A stretch of 64,000 nt of DNA. Source: an uncultured Leptospirales bacterium. GTDB lineage: Bacteria > Spirochaetota > UBA4802 > JAFGDQ01. The position numbers and the translations under genes are program-made. The stretch spans positions 2,848 through 66,847 of the forward strand of contig CAZVDF010000003.1 of the NCBI GenBank assembly GCA_964626055.1, written 5' to 3'. The notes below the pieces were generated by a model. It did no database searches. It saw only the letters and a list, made by a program, of their open reading frames with translations, and was not told the origin of the DNA. Within the stretch, counting starts at the first letter, position 1. Every line of letters starts with the position of its first letter. This document shows positions 49,152 through 58,887 of this stretch, piece by piece.

Positions 49152-49460
49152 TTATCTGCCCGGGAAATATCTTTCATTGATGTTGTTCTGGATAATCAAA
49201 AACGATAAAGGAAGAAAAAATATAGTATACCACTTCGCATCCCTTCCGTTCAACTGTTCGGATTTCTGGATATATTTGAGGCTGATATATAAATACCAAA
49301 TGCCGGCCGTAAATATAATGAGCATGATATTCGATATCGGATTCTCATTGAATATTCTGCTTACCCGGGCGATCCACCAGAATAAGTATAACCCGGCAGT
49401 CAACAAGGTCAGCAGAAGCAATACGATAAGATTATTTTCCGGATAATAATCTATTTCCAT
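49152..49460 (-). CDS. Small two-TM membrane protein of unknown function
   Basis: 102 aa with two long hydrophobic helices. It lies 12 bp upstream of the zinc-ribbon protein gene, so the two are likely co-transcribed. Confidence 0.4.
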   Translation of the reverse strand: MEIDYYPENNLIVLLLLTLLTAGLYLFWWIARVSRIFNENPISNIMLIIFTAGIWYLYISLKYIQKSEQLNGRDAKWYTIFFLPLSFLIIQNNINERYFPGR

Positions 49461-49993
49461 AAATAGCCTCGAAAATTCGTCAAAATATCATTATTCTCTA
49501 TTATTAACGGTAAATTTAACATTATATGTTACAATTTTTTATTATAAAAGTACGCCATTATTTATATAACCGGATATCCTGATTTGCCTGTTTTCCTGAA
49601 ATATATCCTAATATATTTACCCGTTCAAAGCAATCTAAAATTCTGTATTTTATATTAATTTTTCACTTTAATGCCCCTTCTTCGGAATACGATTATCCCG
49701 GTTATATTGCCCATACATTCAAAACATAAAAAGTAGTTGTAATTTAATCGTTTTTTTTTAACTTTAGAACAAAATATAAATGCAGGATTTTAATAATGCG
49801 AAGCAGCGCTGTTAAACGGGAGACAGATTAACATATCGTATTATTAAAACTTGCTTTTGGCTTTTGTACATATTATAATAGCGAATTAACTCTCACCAGA
49901 TAATCAACAACACAAAGTAAATATGCCGACCGACATTTTGCCGGGAGATATGGCGTTTACAATCTTTTTATAAAGCCGGAGACCATTTAGCAA

Positions 49994-52900
49994 ATGACTT
50001 TTCTCAGCGAATTCAGCTATCCCGAGGTATCACAGAGAAGAATTGTGCTGTTGAATGCATTCGTGTCATTTGTCATTCTTGGATTTATATATATTTATTC
50101 ATCTCTTATTCTTAATTATTATTTTATTTACCAGCAAGTAATGAGGCTGGTTTTTGTCTCCGGTTTAAGCGGGATATTTTTCGGAAACATCATAGCAAAA
50201 TTTACCTTATCGAGAGTCGGGAAATACAGACACATATTTATAGGTTCGGATATATTATTTATATTATCGTGTCTGTTCTATATTTACGGCAGATATTCGA
50301 TGCCCGGCAATTACGATCCGCTTTTATTTTTTTACATAAAAAGCCCTTTTTACGCGGCTCTTCTGATATTTGCCGTTTCTCTCTTCGCAGGAATAAAGAT
50401 CAACTATTTCCTTAAGATTTCCTGCGGAGATTTTATTGACAGCAAAAGAGCTGTACTGCCGTTAGTACTGTTTTTACTTGCAGGAGCGACTCTGGGGATA
50501 ATATTATCACTGGCATTCTATTGTATTGATGATTCAATCCTGTATTCAGGCATCCTGCTTATCCCTGTGCTTCCGACTATATTTCTTATAAATCTTTCAT
50601 ATAACCCGAAACCCATTTATGCGCAGGAATCAAAGGACAGCAACCAGGCTTCCGGCAAAAAGCAGATCGGCGACAGAAGAGACGATCTCTTTTTCATATA
50701 TCTGAATTTTACTTACATACTTATATATTCCTTTCTCGGCTTCACGACTGTTATTAAATTTTTCGGAGATTTTATCCATGTAAAAATCTTCTTTATCCTT
50801 ATTTCACTCGCATCTGCCGCAGCCGGAATAATTCTGGCAAGAATAATAAAACAGGCATTCTGGTATATTTACGCCGAGATGCTTTACCCGATTTTTTTTA
50901 TTATCTCAATGGTATTCTTAGTGACCTTCAGGGATACCGTATCCTTTACTGCAGCCGTGTTTATTTTTATTCCCGTAACCTTAATTCTGGGTTTTTCATT
51001 GTATCAGACAATAAATCACGTACTGATATTTAATAACCATAAAAAGAGGTTTAATATCATCAACTTTTCACTTCTTGTTCTGCCTGCGCCGATTTTAATA
51101 TCCCTTGATTTTATAGACTTCACGTATTTCTGGTTTTTTGTTCTTCTGTATACTGTCGCTTCGATGAATATTTTTATACCGGGTATTTATTTAACTCAGT
51201 CCGGGGTTCAGGGATATAAAAAACTTCTCTTTTTTATATGCACTTTAATTTTTATTCCCGTATTAATACTTATGCATATGTATTTCGGCATCCCGTTAAA
51301 CAGGGAATTATATGTAAAACATACAACAGGTTTTGAAAAACTTAATTTTATAAATTATAATTCCAGGTATATCGAAAATGAAGCCACGGTTCTTATACAC
51401 GGGATAAGAGCATTCCATGCCGACGATCCGTCTGTCAGAAATATGAAACGTTCCATATCGCCTGTATTGCTTTATGCGGACAGCGACAGCTGGGGCGAAT
51501 CGCTTTTCATAGACGGCAACAGAAAATTTTTCAGGAATCCAGTGATCTCGCAGCTTAAAGGAGCAAATTGCCTCGACTACGTGACTGACCGCATTACGGA
51601 TTATCATACGCTTCCGGTCTCCGGCGATCAGGATTACGTCCTTGACCAGTCGGAGATCCTCCCGTTCCTGGATAAAAAGATATCGCCCTACAGGATTATA
51701 GTGGATATTCCGAATCTTTTTGACCAGACGGTAAATGCTTTCAGGTTTTCAAAGGAATATTTCGGCTTTATAACGCATAAATTAAATCCCGAAGGCATAT
51801 TTGTTCAGATTCTGGCTGCCGGATGCAGAAAGGACTATATTGCGCGGGCCGCAGAAAGCTTGAAGAAGACTTTCAAAAAAACTATTGTCTGCTATTTCCC
51901 GAATTACTTTGTGTTCCTATCGTCAAATAAACCTGAGTCGCTGAAAATTTATCCGAATAACATTAATAATTTCAGGGAAGCGTTCGAATCAAAAAACGAA
52001 TTAAAGAACATTTTTTATAACGACTTTCATATGTTATCGCATATTTTATTTCTTGAAATAGACGACTTTATTGTTTATGCGCGAAATGAAAATTTATCCC
52101 CGCTGTGTTTTCTCCGGGGAACCGACAATTTTTTAACGGATAAAAATCTTATTGCCGGATTTATCGAAAACAATTCCGCCTTCCTTGATCTTGCAGACAA
52201 ATCCGGAACAAATAGTAATTTTTTCTATAATATGCAGGCTCTCTTCTGGACAAATAAATTTTTTCTTTCCGAAGTGAAAAAAGCGGAGCTATACGAAGCA
52301 AATAAAGAATATGAGAACGAATCCTCGCAGCTAATCAATTTACGCAGGAAATCCGAGTACAAGAGCGACCTGAGGAAATACATATGGGACACTCTGTCAT
52401 ATAAGGAAAACTATTACTACAATGCGGCGCTGAGGTTCGAAAAGGACAAAAACTGGGAGGAGGCCAGAAAACTATACAGGGCTATTCTCTCGATCAATAA
52501 AAATCATTTTGAGGCAAATTATCATCTGGGGATATTGAGTATAATTCTGCAGGATCTGGATGCAGCATTTGAATATCTGCAGAATGCAATGATGCTGAGA
52601 AAAGACGATCCCAAGGTGTTGTACCAGATGGGAGTTTTGCTTTATTCAAGCGGAAAACCCAGAGAAGCATTGACGTATTTCGAAAGGGCTCTCGCGTTCA
52701 AGGAAAAAACAGCTTCTTTATTTTACTATGCCGGATTATGCTTTGAAGAATTGGATAATCTGTCGAATGCGGCCGGTTATTTCAACCAGGCATTCGCCCT
52801 GGACCCCAACGATAAAAACATAATATCCGGCATTGAACGCATAAAAGAAAAGAACAAAGCAAGACGTGAAGAATACGCCGAAATTGAGAAAAAAAGCGAT

Positions 52901-53017
52901 CCCGAAGCCGAAAAGGGAGAAGATATGCCACTTCCCATCACCGAATCGGCTATAAATGTCCGGATCGAAGAAAATAAAAACGAACCGGATAAAAAAAATA
53001 AAGTACAAAAAAAATAA
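49994..53017 (+). CDS. Large polytopic membrane protein with a degenerate spermidine-synthase-like (class-I MTase fold) domain and C-terminal TPR repeats
   Basis: About 10-12 TM helices in the first 450 aa. The segment YRIIVDIPNLFDQTVNAFRFSKEYFGFITHKLNPEGIFV resembles the spermidine synthase post-motif II region, but no GGGDGG motif is present. The C-terminus has TPR-like repeats (WEEARKLYRAILSINKNHFEANYHLG...). Confidence 0.5.
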   Translation: MTFLSEFSYPEVSQRRIVLLNAFVSFVILGFIYIYSSLILNYYFIYQQVMRLVFVSGLSGIFFGNIIAKFTLSRVGKYRHIFIGSDILFILSCLFYIYGRYSMPGNYDPLLFFYIKSPFYAALLIFAVSLFAGIKINYFLKISCGDFIDSKRAVLPLVLFLLAGATLGIILSLAFYCIDDSILYSGILLIPVLPTIFLINLSYNPKPIYAQESKDSNQASGKKQIGDRRDDLFFIYLNFTYILIYSFLGFTTVIKFFGDFIHVKIFFILISLASAAAGIILARIIKQAFWYIYAEMLYPIFFIISMVFLVTFRDTVSFTAAVFIFIPVTLILGFSLYQTINHVLIFNNHKKRFNIINFSLLVLPAPILISLDFIDFTYFWFFVLLYTVASMNIFIPGIYLTQSGVQGYKKLLFFICTLIFIPVLILMHMYFGIPLNRELYVKHTTGFEKLNFINYNSRYIENEATVLIHGIRAFHADDPSVRNMKRSISPVLLYADSDSWGESLFIDGNRKFFRNPVISQLKGANCLDYVTDRITDYHTLPVSGDQDYVLDQSEILPFLDKKISPYRIIVDIPNLFDQTVNAFRFSKEYFGFITHKLNPEGIFVQILAAGCRKDYIARAAESLKKTFKKTIVCYFPNYFVFLSSNKPESLKIYPNNINNFREAFESKNELKNIFYNDFHMLSHILFLEIDDFIVYARNENLSPLCFLRGTDNFLTDKNLIAGFIENNSAFLDLADKSGTNSNFFYNMQALFWTNKFFLSEVKKAELYEANKEYENESSQLINLRRKSEYKSDLRKYIWDTLSYKENYYYNAALRFEKDKNWEEARKLYRAILSINKNHFEANYHLGILSIILQDLDAAFEYLQNAMMLRKDDPKVLYQMGVLLYSSGKPREALTYFERALAFKEKTASLFYYAGLCFEELDNLSNAAGYFNQAFALDPNDKNIISGIERIKEKNKARREEYAEIEKKSDPEAEKGEDMPLPITESAINVRIEENKNEPDKKNKVQKK

Positions 53018-53022
53018 TCCCC

Positions 53023-53745
53023 TTGAAGCCTTATACTATTTTTCCCTCGGTTTATGATAATATATTAAAGCATATCGATTATGAACGCTGGTATTTATAT
53101 ATCAGATCATTAATGCTGGAATTCGCAGGCAATCCGAAAACCCTGCTGGAACTCGGGTGCGGCACCGGAAAATTCGGGGCGAAATTTTCGAGGGACAATT
53201 TTTTGATATTCGGGCTGGATAACTCAATTGAAATGCTCAAAGTCGCTCATATCCGCGCTTACAAAAATTTTCATATATTCTGCGCCGACATGAAGGATTT
53301 CAGCCTGTTAAAAAAATTCGATTTTATTTTTTCCGTACACGACACGATCAACTATTTTTTAGATTTATACGATCTTTCCAGAGTTTTAAAATCAGTTAAA
53401 AGAATAATGCACAAAGACAGTATTTTTATGTTCGATATAACGACGGAACATAATATAAAAAAATATTTTTTTAATAACAAAACGGACTATTCGGTAAGAG
53501 GCATAGATATCGAATGGGCCAATGAATACGATACCGATAAAAAACTGATATATTCCCTGCTCACATTCAAATATAACGGTTATGTCGATACTGAAATGCA
53601 CATACAGAGAATATATTCCGTCGATGAGATCGTCACCCTGTTAAAAAATGAAAAAATGGAAGTTTTAGGCATTTTCGGAGATTACTCATATGAGCCGGTC
53701 AAGGAAGATTCTGTTATGATTAATTTTGTAACAAGACCGGGGTGA
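53023..53745 (+). CDS. Class I SAM-dependent methyltransferase
   Basis: Motif I LLELGCGTGKF. The acidic motif II is in IFGLDNS. It starts 6 bp after the preceding gene. Confidence 0.7.
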   Translation: MKPYTIFPSVYDNILKHIDYERWYLYIRSLMLEFAGNPKTLLELGCGTGKFGAKFSRDNFLIFGLDNSIEMLKVAHIRAYKNFHIFCADMKDFSLLKKFDFIFSVHDTINYFLDLYDLSRVLKSVKRIMHKDSIFMFDITTEHNIKKYFFNNKTDYSVRGIDIEWANEYDTDKKLIYSLLTFKYNGYVDTEMHIQRIYSVDEIVTLLKNEKMEVLGIFGDYSYEPVKEDSVMINFVTRPG

Positions 53746-53747
53746 AG

Positions 53748-54377
53748 CTAGTACATCCCTATTAAAGGCGTAAAGCTGCATAGATCATGAAAAGATATTT
53801 TATAAAGGCTGCCGTTTTCTCCCGGTTCATTGATCACAACTGTTATTTGCTGCTGATAAATTGGCCCCATCGGAAAAACGATTTTCCCTTTTTGTTTCAG
53901 GTAATCCGCCAGGAATAACGGGCGACTCGCGCAGGCTGCAAAAATAATAATCCCGTCGAACAAACCGGACAGGCCTCCAAGTTCCATAATATCGCCTGCC
54001 AGGAAAGTAACGTTTTTTATTTTCAATCCTGCAAGCCTTTCTTTAGCGCTTAATGCAAGCTCTTCATAATAGTCGACCGTTACAATCTCGTCAAACAGCC
54101 TTGAAAGAACGGCGGTTGAATAACCCGAGCCCGTGCCTATCTCCAGTATCCTGCTCGCTCTGTCGGGATTCAGATAATTTATCATCTTTGCAAGAGTCGG
54201 CGAGGCATCGGCTTTTTCTCCGAAACCGATCGGTATCGGCTCATGGGAATAAAAATATCCCGAAAATATCTGGTCGAAAAAATCTTTCTGATCGAACTTT
54301 TTTAATGCGCTTATTATTTCTTCCCTTACGCCGTCCTGTTTCAATAGATTAAAAAATTCTTTCTCTTGCTTGCTCAT
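53748..54377 (-). CDS. pcm: Protein-L-isoaspartate O-methyltransferase
   Basis: ILEIGTGSGYSTAVLSRL, VTVDYYEELA and the GDIMELGGLSGLFDGIIIFAA pattern are typical of PCMT. Confidence 0.8.
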   Translation of the reverse strand: MSKQEKEFFNLLKQDGVREEIISALKKFDQKDFFDQIFSGYFYSHEPIPIGFGEKADASPTLAKMINYLNPDRASRILEIGTGSGYSTAVLSRLFDEIVTVDYYEELALSAKERLAGLKIKNVTFLAGDIMELGGLSGLFDGIIIFAACASRPLFLADYLKQKGKIVFPMGPIYQQQITVVINEPGENGSLYKISFHDLCSFTPLIGMY

Positions 54378-54457
54378 ATATTGAAAATTTTAATATTTTA
54401 TACTGTAATAAACAGAGGGGCTGGAACACAACCGCAGCCGTTTTAAGATAGTATTTT

Positions 54458-55234
54458 CTACTCAAAGAACTGTAATAAATAGGTAAAGAAATAATCCGAA
54501 ACAAGAATTACCATTGATGATTTAACGACAGCCTGAATGGCAGACTTGCCGACGCCTTCGGCTCCGCCTGTCGTTTTGAATCCCTGGTAACAGGAAATTA
54601 CCGCAATTTCTATCCCGAAAAAAAATGTCTTTGCCAGTCCGGACAAAAAATCGGCAAGGGAGAGATAATTTAGAATATTCTCGAAATATTTGTCAACACT
54701 AATACCCAGGACCGCGAATGCCACAAAAGCGCCTCCCAGTATTCCGACAATGTCCGTTACTATCGTAAGAGCTGGAGTCATGATAAAGCAGGCTAAAAAT
54801 CGGGGTACCGAAAGATATTGTATCGGATTAGCCCTGAGCGTTACCAGCGCGTCTATCTGCTCCGTAACCCGCATTGTGCCGATCTCGGCTGCAATGGCAG
54901 AGCCGATCCTGCCCGCCAGAAGCAGCGCCGTCAGAACGGGGCACAGCTCCCTGAACATTGATATCGATACGGCGCTTCCGATGAATACCGAAGATCCGGA
55001 CATCAGCTTATCCATGGCTTTACCTATCTGGAGAGCCATAACCATCCCCGTGAAGAACAGGGTAATGGCGGTGACCGGGATGGATTTATAGCCGATTTCC
55101 AGCATCTGGACAAAAATATTCTTTATATCGAAAGGAGGTCTGAAAATCCATTTAACCGTCTCAGAAAAAAATATAAAATGCCCGCCTATCTCTTCGAATA
55201 CCCGGATAAGCAAACTTTTTTTGTCGCTTTTCAT
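54458..55234 (-). CDS. mlaE: MlaE-family ABC transporter permease (phospholipid transport)
   Basis: 258 aa with five or six TM helices and the conserved MlaE/Ttg2B region (IGYKSIPVTAITLFFTGMVMALQ, ELCPVLTALLLAGRIGSAIAAEIGTMRVTEQIDAL). Confidence 0.8.
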   Translation of the reverse strand: MKSDKKSLLIRVFEEIGGHFIFFSETVKWIFRPPFDIKNIFVQMLEIGYKSIPVTAITLFFTGMVMALQIGKAMDKLMSGSSVFIGSAVSISMFRELCPVLTALLLAGRIGSAIAAEIGTMRVTEQIDALVTLRANPIQYLSVPRFLACFIMTPALTIVTDIVGILGGAFVAFAVLGISVDKYFENILNYLSLADFLSGLAKTFFFGIEIAVISCYQGFKTTGGAEGVGKSAIQAVVKSSMVILVSDYFFTYLLQFFE

Positions 55235-55236
55235 GT

Positions 55237-56604
55237 TCAGTTAACTGGACCTTCGCTTTGGGCGGGTAACTTTTCGCCTGTATGCAGTTTATCGAGATTC
55301 CCGAATCTCGTATGCTGTTCCCAGAATAAAAGTTCAACGCTGCCTATGGGCCCGTTCCTCTGTTTCGCGATCATTATCTCGGCTATGCCTTTTTTATCGG
55401 TATCCGGATGCACTCTTTCTTCACGGTAAATGAAAAGAACAATATCGGCATCCTGCTCGATTGCGCCGGATTCGCGAAGGTCGGAAAGCTGCGGTCTCTG
55501 GTCCGTTCTGCTTTCCACGGCTCTCGATAGCTGGGACAGTGCAATGATAGGGACTGCAAGCTCCCTGGCCACCTGTTTTAGCGAGCGCGTTATTTCCGCG
55601 ATCTGCAGGTGCCTGTCAAGACCGCGTGTGCCCGTAATTAACTGTAGATAATCCACTATAATTACGCCGAGCGAGCCTTTCTGCTGAGCCATTCTTCTGG
55701 CCTTCGATCTGAGCTGGAATACGTTTACGTTCGGAGTATCGTCAATATAGATTGGGCTTCTAGCGAGTATCGAAGATACTTCGGTCAGTCTCTTCAACTC
55801 GCCGGAATCGAACCTGCCGGTCCTTACTTTTTGCGAATCGATCATTGTTTCTATGCAGAGCAGTCTCATCCCCAGCTGTGTGGCGGGCATTTCCAGAGAA
55901 AAGAAAAGAACTGGCTTTTTTTCTTTCAGGGCGATGTTATTCGCCATGTTAAGGGCGAGAGATGTCTTACCCATCGACGGTCGCGCCGCGATTATGATAA
56001 GTTCGGACTCATGAAGACCCGTCAGAAGAAAATCCAGGTCCGAAAATCCGGTTGCTGTTCCAGTTATCGGTTTCTTTACCCTGTATAGGAGTTCGACGTC
56101 CTTCATGGTTTTTTCCATGACGGATTCTATGCTGGCAAAATCTGTTGTTACCCTTCTTTCCGTTGCTTTGAATATTTCGCTTTCAATTTCATCGACGAGT
56201 TCATCCGTATCTCTCGATTTATCGTAGCATTTTTCGATCACTTCGGCGGAGACGTTGATAATTTTTCTCCGTATGCTTAATTCCTTTATCCTGCCCGCGT
56301 AAAATTCGGCATTTGCGGAAGTAGATACGCTGCGGTATAGATCGACCAGTGCGCGTTCGCCGCCGATCGAGTCAAACAAATTCTTGTCGGAAAGTCGCTG
56401 TTTGAGGGTTAAAAGATCAATCGGAGAGTTTTTTCTCTCCAATTCCAGTATGGATTCATAAATAATCCTGTGTTTATCCAGATAGAAATCATCCACCTCC
56501 AGGATGCCGGAAACCTTTGAAAGGGCATCTTTGCTTAAAAGAATAGAAGCGATACACGAAGACTCTGCTTCCAAATCCTGCGGCGGAAGATTTTCGATTG
56601 TCAT
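55237..56604 (-). CDS. dnaB: Replicative DNA helicase
   Basis: N-terminal DnaB domain (ESSCIASILL). Walker A ARPSMGKTSLALN, DYLQLI and RecA-like motifs. Confidence 0.95.
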   Translation of the reverse strand: MTIENLPPQDLEAESSCIASILLSKDALSKVSGILEVDDFYLDKHRIIYESILELERKNSPIDLLTLKQRLSDKNLFDSIGGERALVDLYRSVSTSANAEFYAGRIKELSIRRKIINVSAEVIEKCYDKSRDTDELVDEIESEIFKATERRVTTDFASIESVMEKTMKDVELLYRVKKPITGTATGFSDLDFLLTGLHESELIIIAARPSMGKTSLALNMANNIALKEKKPVLFFSLEMPATQLGMRLLCIETMIDSQKVRTGRFDSGELKRLTEVSSILARSPIYIDDTPNVNVFQLRSKARRMAQQKGSLGVIIVDYLQLITGTRGLDRHLQIAEITRSLKQVARELAVPIIALSQLSRAVESRTDQRPQLSDLRESGAIEQDADIVLFIYREERVHPDTDKKGIAEIMIAKQRNGPIGSVELLFWEQHTRFGNLDKLHTGEKLPAQSEGPVN

Positions 56605-56607
56605 TTA

Positions 56608-57051
56608 TCAGACCTTTTCGACAATTACCTTCAGATTGGCGGTTAATCCCACGTCGAGTTTTACGGGAATCGTATATTCGCCGACCTGCTTGATCGGCTC
56701 ATGATGAGCGATCTTTCTTTTATCCAGCTCATAACCGAGTTCCCTGAGCTTTCTCGCAATATCGATAGCGGTAACAGCGCCGAAAAGTTTTCCCTCTTCG
56801 CCTGCCTGCGCGGCTATTTTTACCTCGAGATTGTTAAGCGACTCAAGGATCTTTTCGCTCTGCTTCCTGCGTTTCGCTTTCTTTATCTTTATCACTTTTT
56901 CCTGGTGCTGGAGGATCTTTTTACTGGTTTCGTTCGCTAACATAACCAGATTCCTCGGCAAAAGAAAATTTCTGGCATACCCGTCTGCAACTTCTTTGAT
57001 GTCTCCGGATTCGCCTAAATTCGGGATATCCTTTTGAAGTATTACTTTCAT
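56608..57051 (-). CDS. rplI: 50S ribosomal protein L9
   Basis: MKVILQKDIPNLGESGDIKEVADGYARNFLLPRNL. The start is taken at this Met. The longer ORF-track extension is not L9-like. Confidence 0.9.
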   Translation of the reverse strand: MKVILQKDIPNLGESGDIKEVADGYARNFLLPRNLVMLANETSKKILQHQEKVIKIKKAKRRKQSEKILESLNNLEVKIAAQAGEEGKLFGAVTAIDIARKLRELGYELDKRKIAHHEPIKQVGEYTIPVKLDVGLTANLKVIVEKV

Positions 57052-57091
57052 ATCAGTCTCCGTCAGTAAGTTAATTTTTATAAGAGTAATA

Positions 57092-57865
57092 TTACGATTT
57101 TTTTTTATCCGGTTCCAGCTTTCTGAAATCAGCCCAAAAATCAATAGCTCCGATGCTGGACAAAATTATTAAAATAAAAATAAAATATTCCATGCCGAAA
57201 AATAAAAAGATAAGCACAGCCGCCGGGAACAAGGAAAACGGCATACTCTTTTTGCGCAAAATAAATTTTATTATTCCGAATGCCTGAATCAAATAGAAGC
57301 CGGATAAAATCAATGCAATATTCAATCCGGCTAAATATAAATAATTATTCCTTGATCTGTCAACCAGTAAAACAGCGAACCATGACGCAATAAAAACAAA
57401 AATTAAATATTCAGGAACTTTAAATCTCTCGATTTCGTTTAAATTTATTTCTTCTTTATTATCTTTATTTTCCGGTGCAGAATAGAGTTCTGGAATTTTT
57501 TTCTTCTTATAAAAAACAAATTTATAAATATAAAATATAATTAAGGAAAAAATCAGCGCATCTAAAAAATAGGCAAAAGGCACGATATATTCAATTGTAT
57601 CGATCGCCTCATTTATTTTCTGGATCATCCGGCTTCTATCGTTATCTGGAATATTATTCTGGTTCAGACTCTCGATGAATGCGCTCTTTGAATTCATCAA
57701 AATATCTGTATTTTCGAAATTCCTCAGATAATAATGGTTGAATGTCCAGATTAAGGTTATTGACAAAGAAGAAATAAAAATGAAAAATCGCAGACCCTTA
57801 TTTTGTTTAAAACTGAATACCGCGGAAGCGCTAATTATTATAATCGAAATTATTATTATGATCAC
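57092..57865 (-). CDS. DUF2232/YybS-like polytopic membrane protein
   Basis: Multi-TM protein positioned between rpsR and rplI, the position YybS-family DUF2232 proteins occupy in the conserved rpsF-(ssb)-rpsR-yybS-yybT-rplI neighbourhood. Confidence 0.5.
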   Translation of the reverse strand: MIIIIISIIIISASAVFSFKQNKGLRFFIFISSLSITLIWTFNHYYLRNFENTDILMNSKSAFIESLNQNNIPDNDRSRMIQKINEAIDTIEYIVPFAYFLDALIFSLIIFYIYKFVFYKKKKIPELYSAPENKDNKEEINLNEIERFKVPEYLIFVFIASWFAVLLVDRSRNNYLYLAGLNIALILSGFYLIQAFGIIKFILRKKSMPFSLFPAAVLIFLFFGMEYFIFILIILSSIGAIDFWADFRKLEPDKKKS

Positions 57866-57956
57866 ATTTAAAATTTAAGAACTTATTTTCAGAAAAAATC
57901 ATTATGCCGCCCGTCGGCAAGGGAATAATAAATATTCAAGCATTTTACACGGTTTC

Positions 57957-58418
57957 CTATTTAACGCTGAACGGCAAAACGGCAAGTATTCTTGCTCTTT
58001 TAATCGCTCTTGATAAATCTCTTTGATGTTTGGAGCAGGTGCCCGTAATTCTTCTCGGCAGAATTTTACCGCGTTCAGTAATAAAGTTGCCCAGGATTTG
58101 AGTGTCTTTATAATCAACTTTAATATTTTTGTCAGCGCAGAATCTGCACATCTTTTTTCTGTATCTGGCATGTCTTAGCGAATCTTTCTGGTCAAAATTC
58201 CCGCTTGAAGACGCGCCGGCTTTGAACGGCCTGGCATTTCTGTAAAAAGTTTTTCTTACAGGCTCTGTTTTTGCTTCGGCGCTTTTTGTTGAATCTGCAT
58301 CGACTGACGAGGCTGTCGTTTCATCTCTCTGCCCATCATTTGCATCTAAAACTTTTCCTTCTTTCTTGATCTCGTCTTTATTTTCCTGGGTTGCCTCGTT
58401 GATGTTCTCGTCGGCCAT
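57957..58418 (-). CDS. rpsR: 30S ribosomal protein S18 with a ~75 aa acidic low-complexity N-terminal extension
   Basis: The C-terminal 75 aa ([66 protein letters not shown]) is canonical S18. The N-terminal part is rich in E, D, K, S and T and has no S18 homology. Confidence 0.8.
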   Translation of the reverse strand: MADENINEATQENKDEIKKEGKVLDANDGQRDETTASSVDADSTKSAEAKTEPVRKTFYRNARPFKAGASSSGNFDQKDSLRHARYRKKMCRFCADKNIKVDYKDTQILGNFITERGKILPRRITGTCSKHQRDLSRAIKRARILAVLPFSVK

Positions 58419-58483
58419 TTTTTACCTCTATAACCTTAATAAAATTTAATGAATTTCAAATTCCGAAAATCGAATATCCTGAA

Positions 58484-58771
58484 TTACGCGGTTTTCTTTT
58501 TGCTGTCTTTAATGAAGAAATAACGTAAAATGTCGTTATTAAGACGGAACTCTCCTATTATTTTCTCAACAGCATTTGCAGGAGACTCGATCAGCATAAA
58601 AAAGAAATATCCTTCGGTTTCATCATCGATCGGATATGCCATTTTTTTCACATTCCCTGCCTCTTCGGAAATAACTGAAACCCCATATTTATTTAAAATC
58701 TTTTTAACCTGTTCCTTTAAGGATTCAAGAATGTCTGTATTCCTCAAGATGAGGGTCAATTCATAACTCAC
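58484..58771 (-). CDS. rpsF: 30S ribosomal protein S6
   Basis: MSYELTLILRNTDI...EEAGNVKKMAYPIDDETEGYFFFM. 95 aa. Confidence 0.85.
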   Translation of the reverse strand: MSYELTLILRNTDILESLKEQVKKILNKYGVSVISEEAGNVKKMAYPIDDETEGYFFFMLIESPANAVEKIIGEFRLNNDILRYFFIKDSKKKTA

Positions 58772-58887
58772 GGGTTTTTCCTTTTAAAATAAAATATTTT
58801 TTATAATAGAGCAACAATCAATATAAACATAGGTATTTTTTCAACAATTATTTTTAAAAACCGATAAAAAACTGAAAAATATCGAAT

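Noticed and set aside
47746-49446. 566 aa Ser-rich ORF on the + strand
   Set aside because: It lies entirely antisense to the poly-acidic region of the minus-strand zinc-ribbon gene. GAA/GAT-rich codons read as TTC/ATC and Ser-rich on the opposite strand. It has no start context or domain and is a low-complexity artefact.
57902-58171. 89 aa minus-strand ORF overlapping rpsR in another frame
   Set aside because: It overlaps the conserved S18 core in a different frame and has no homology.
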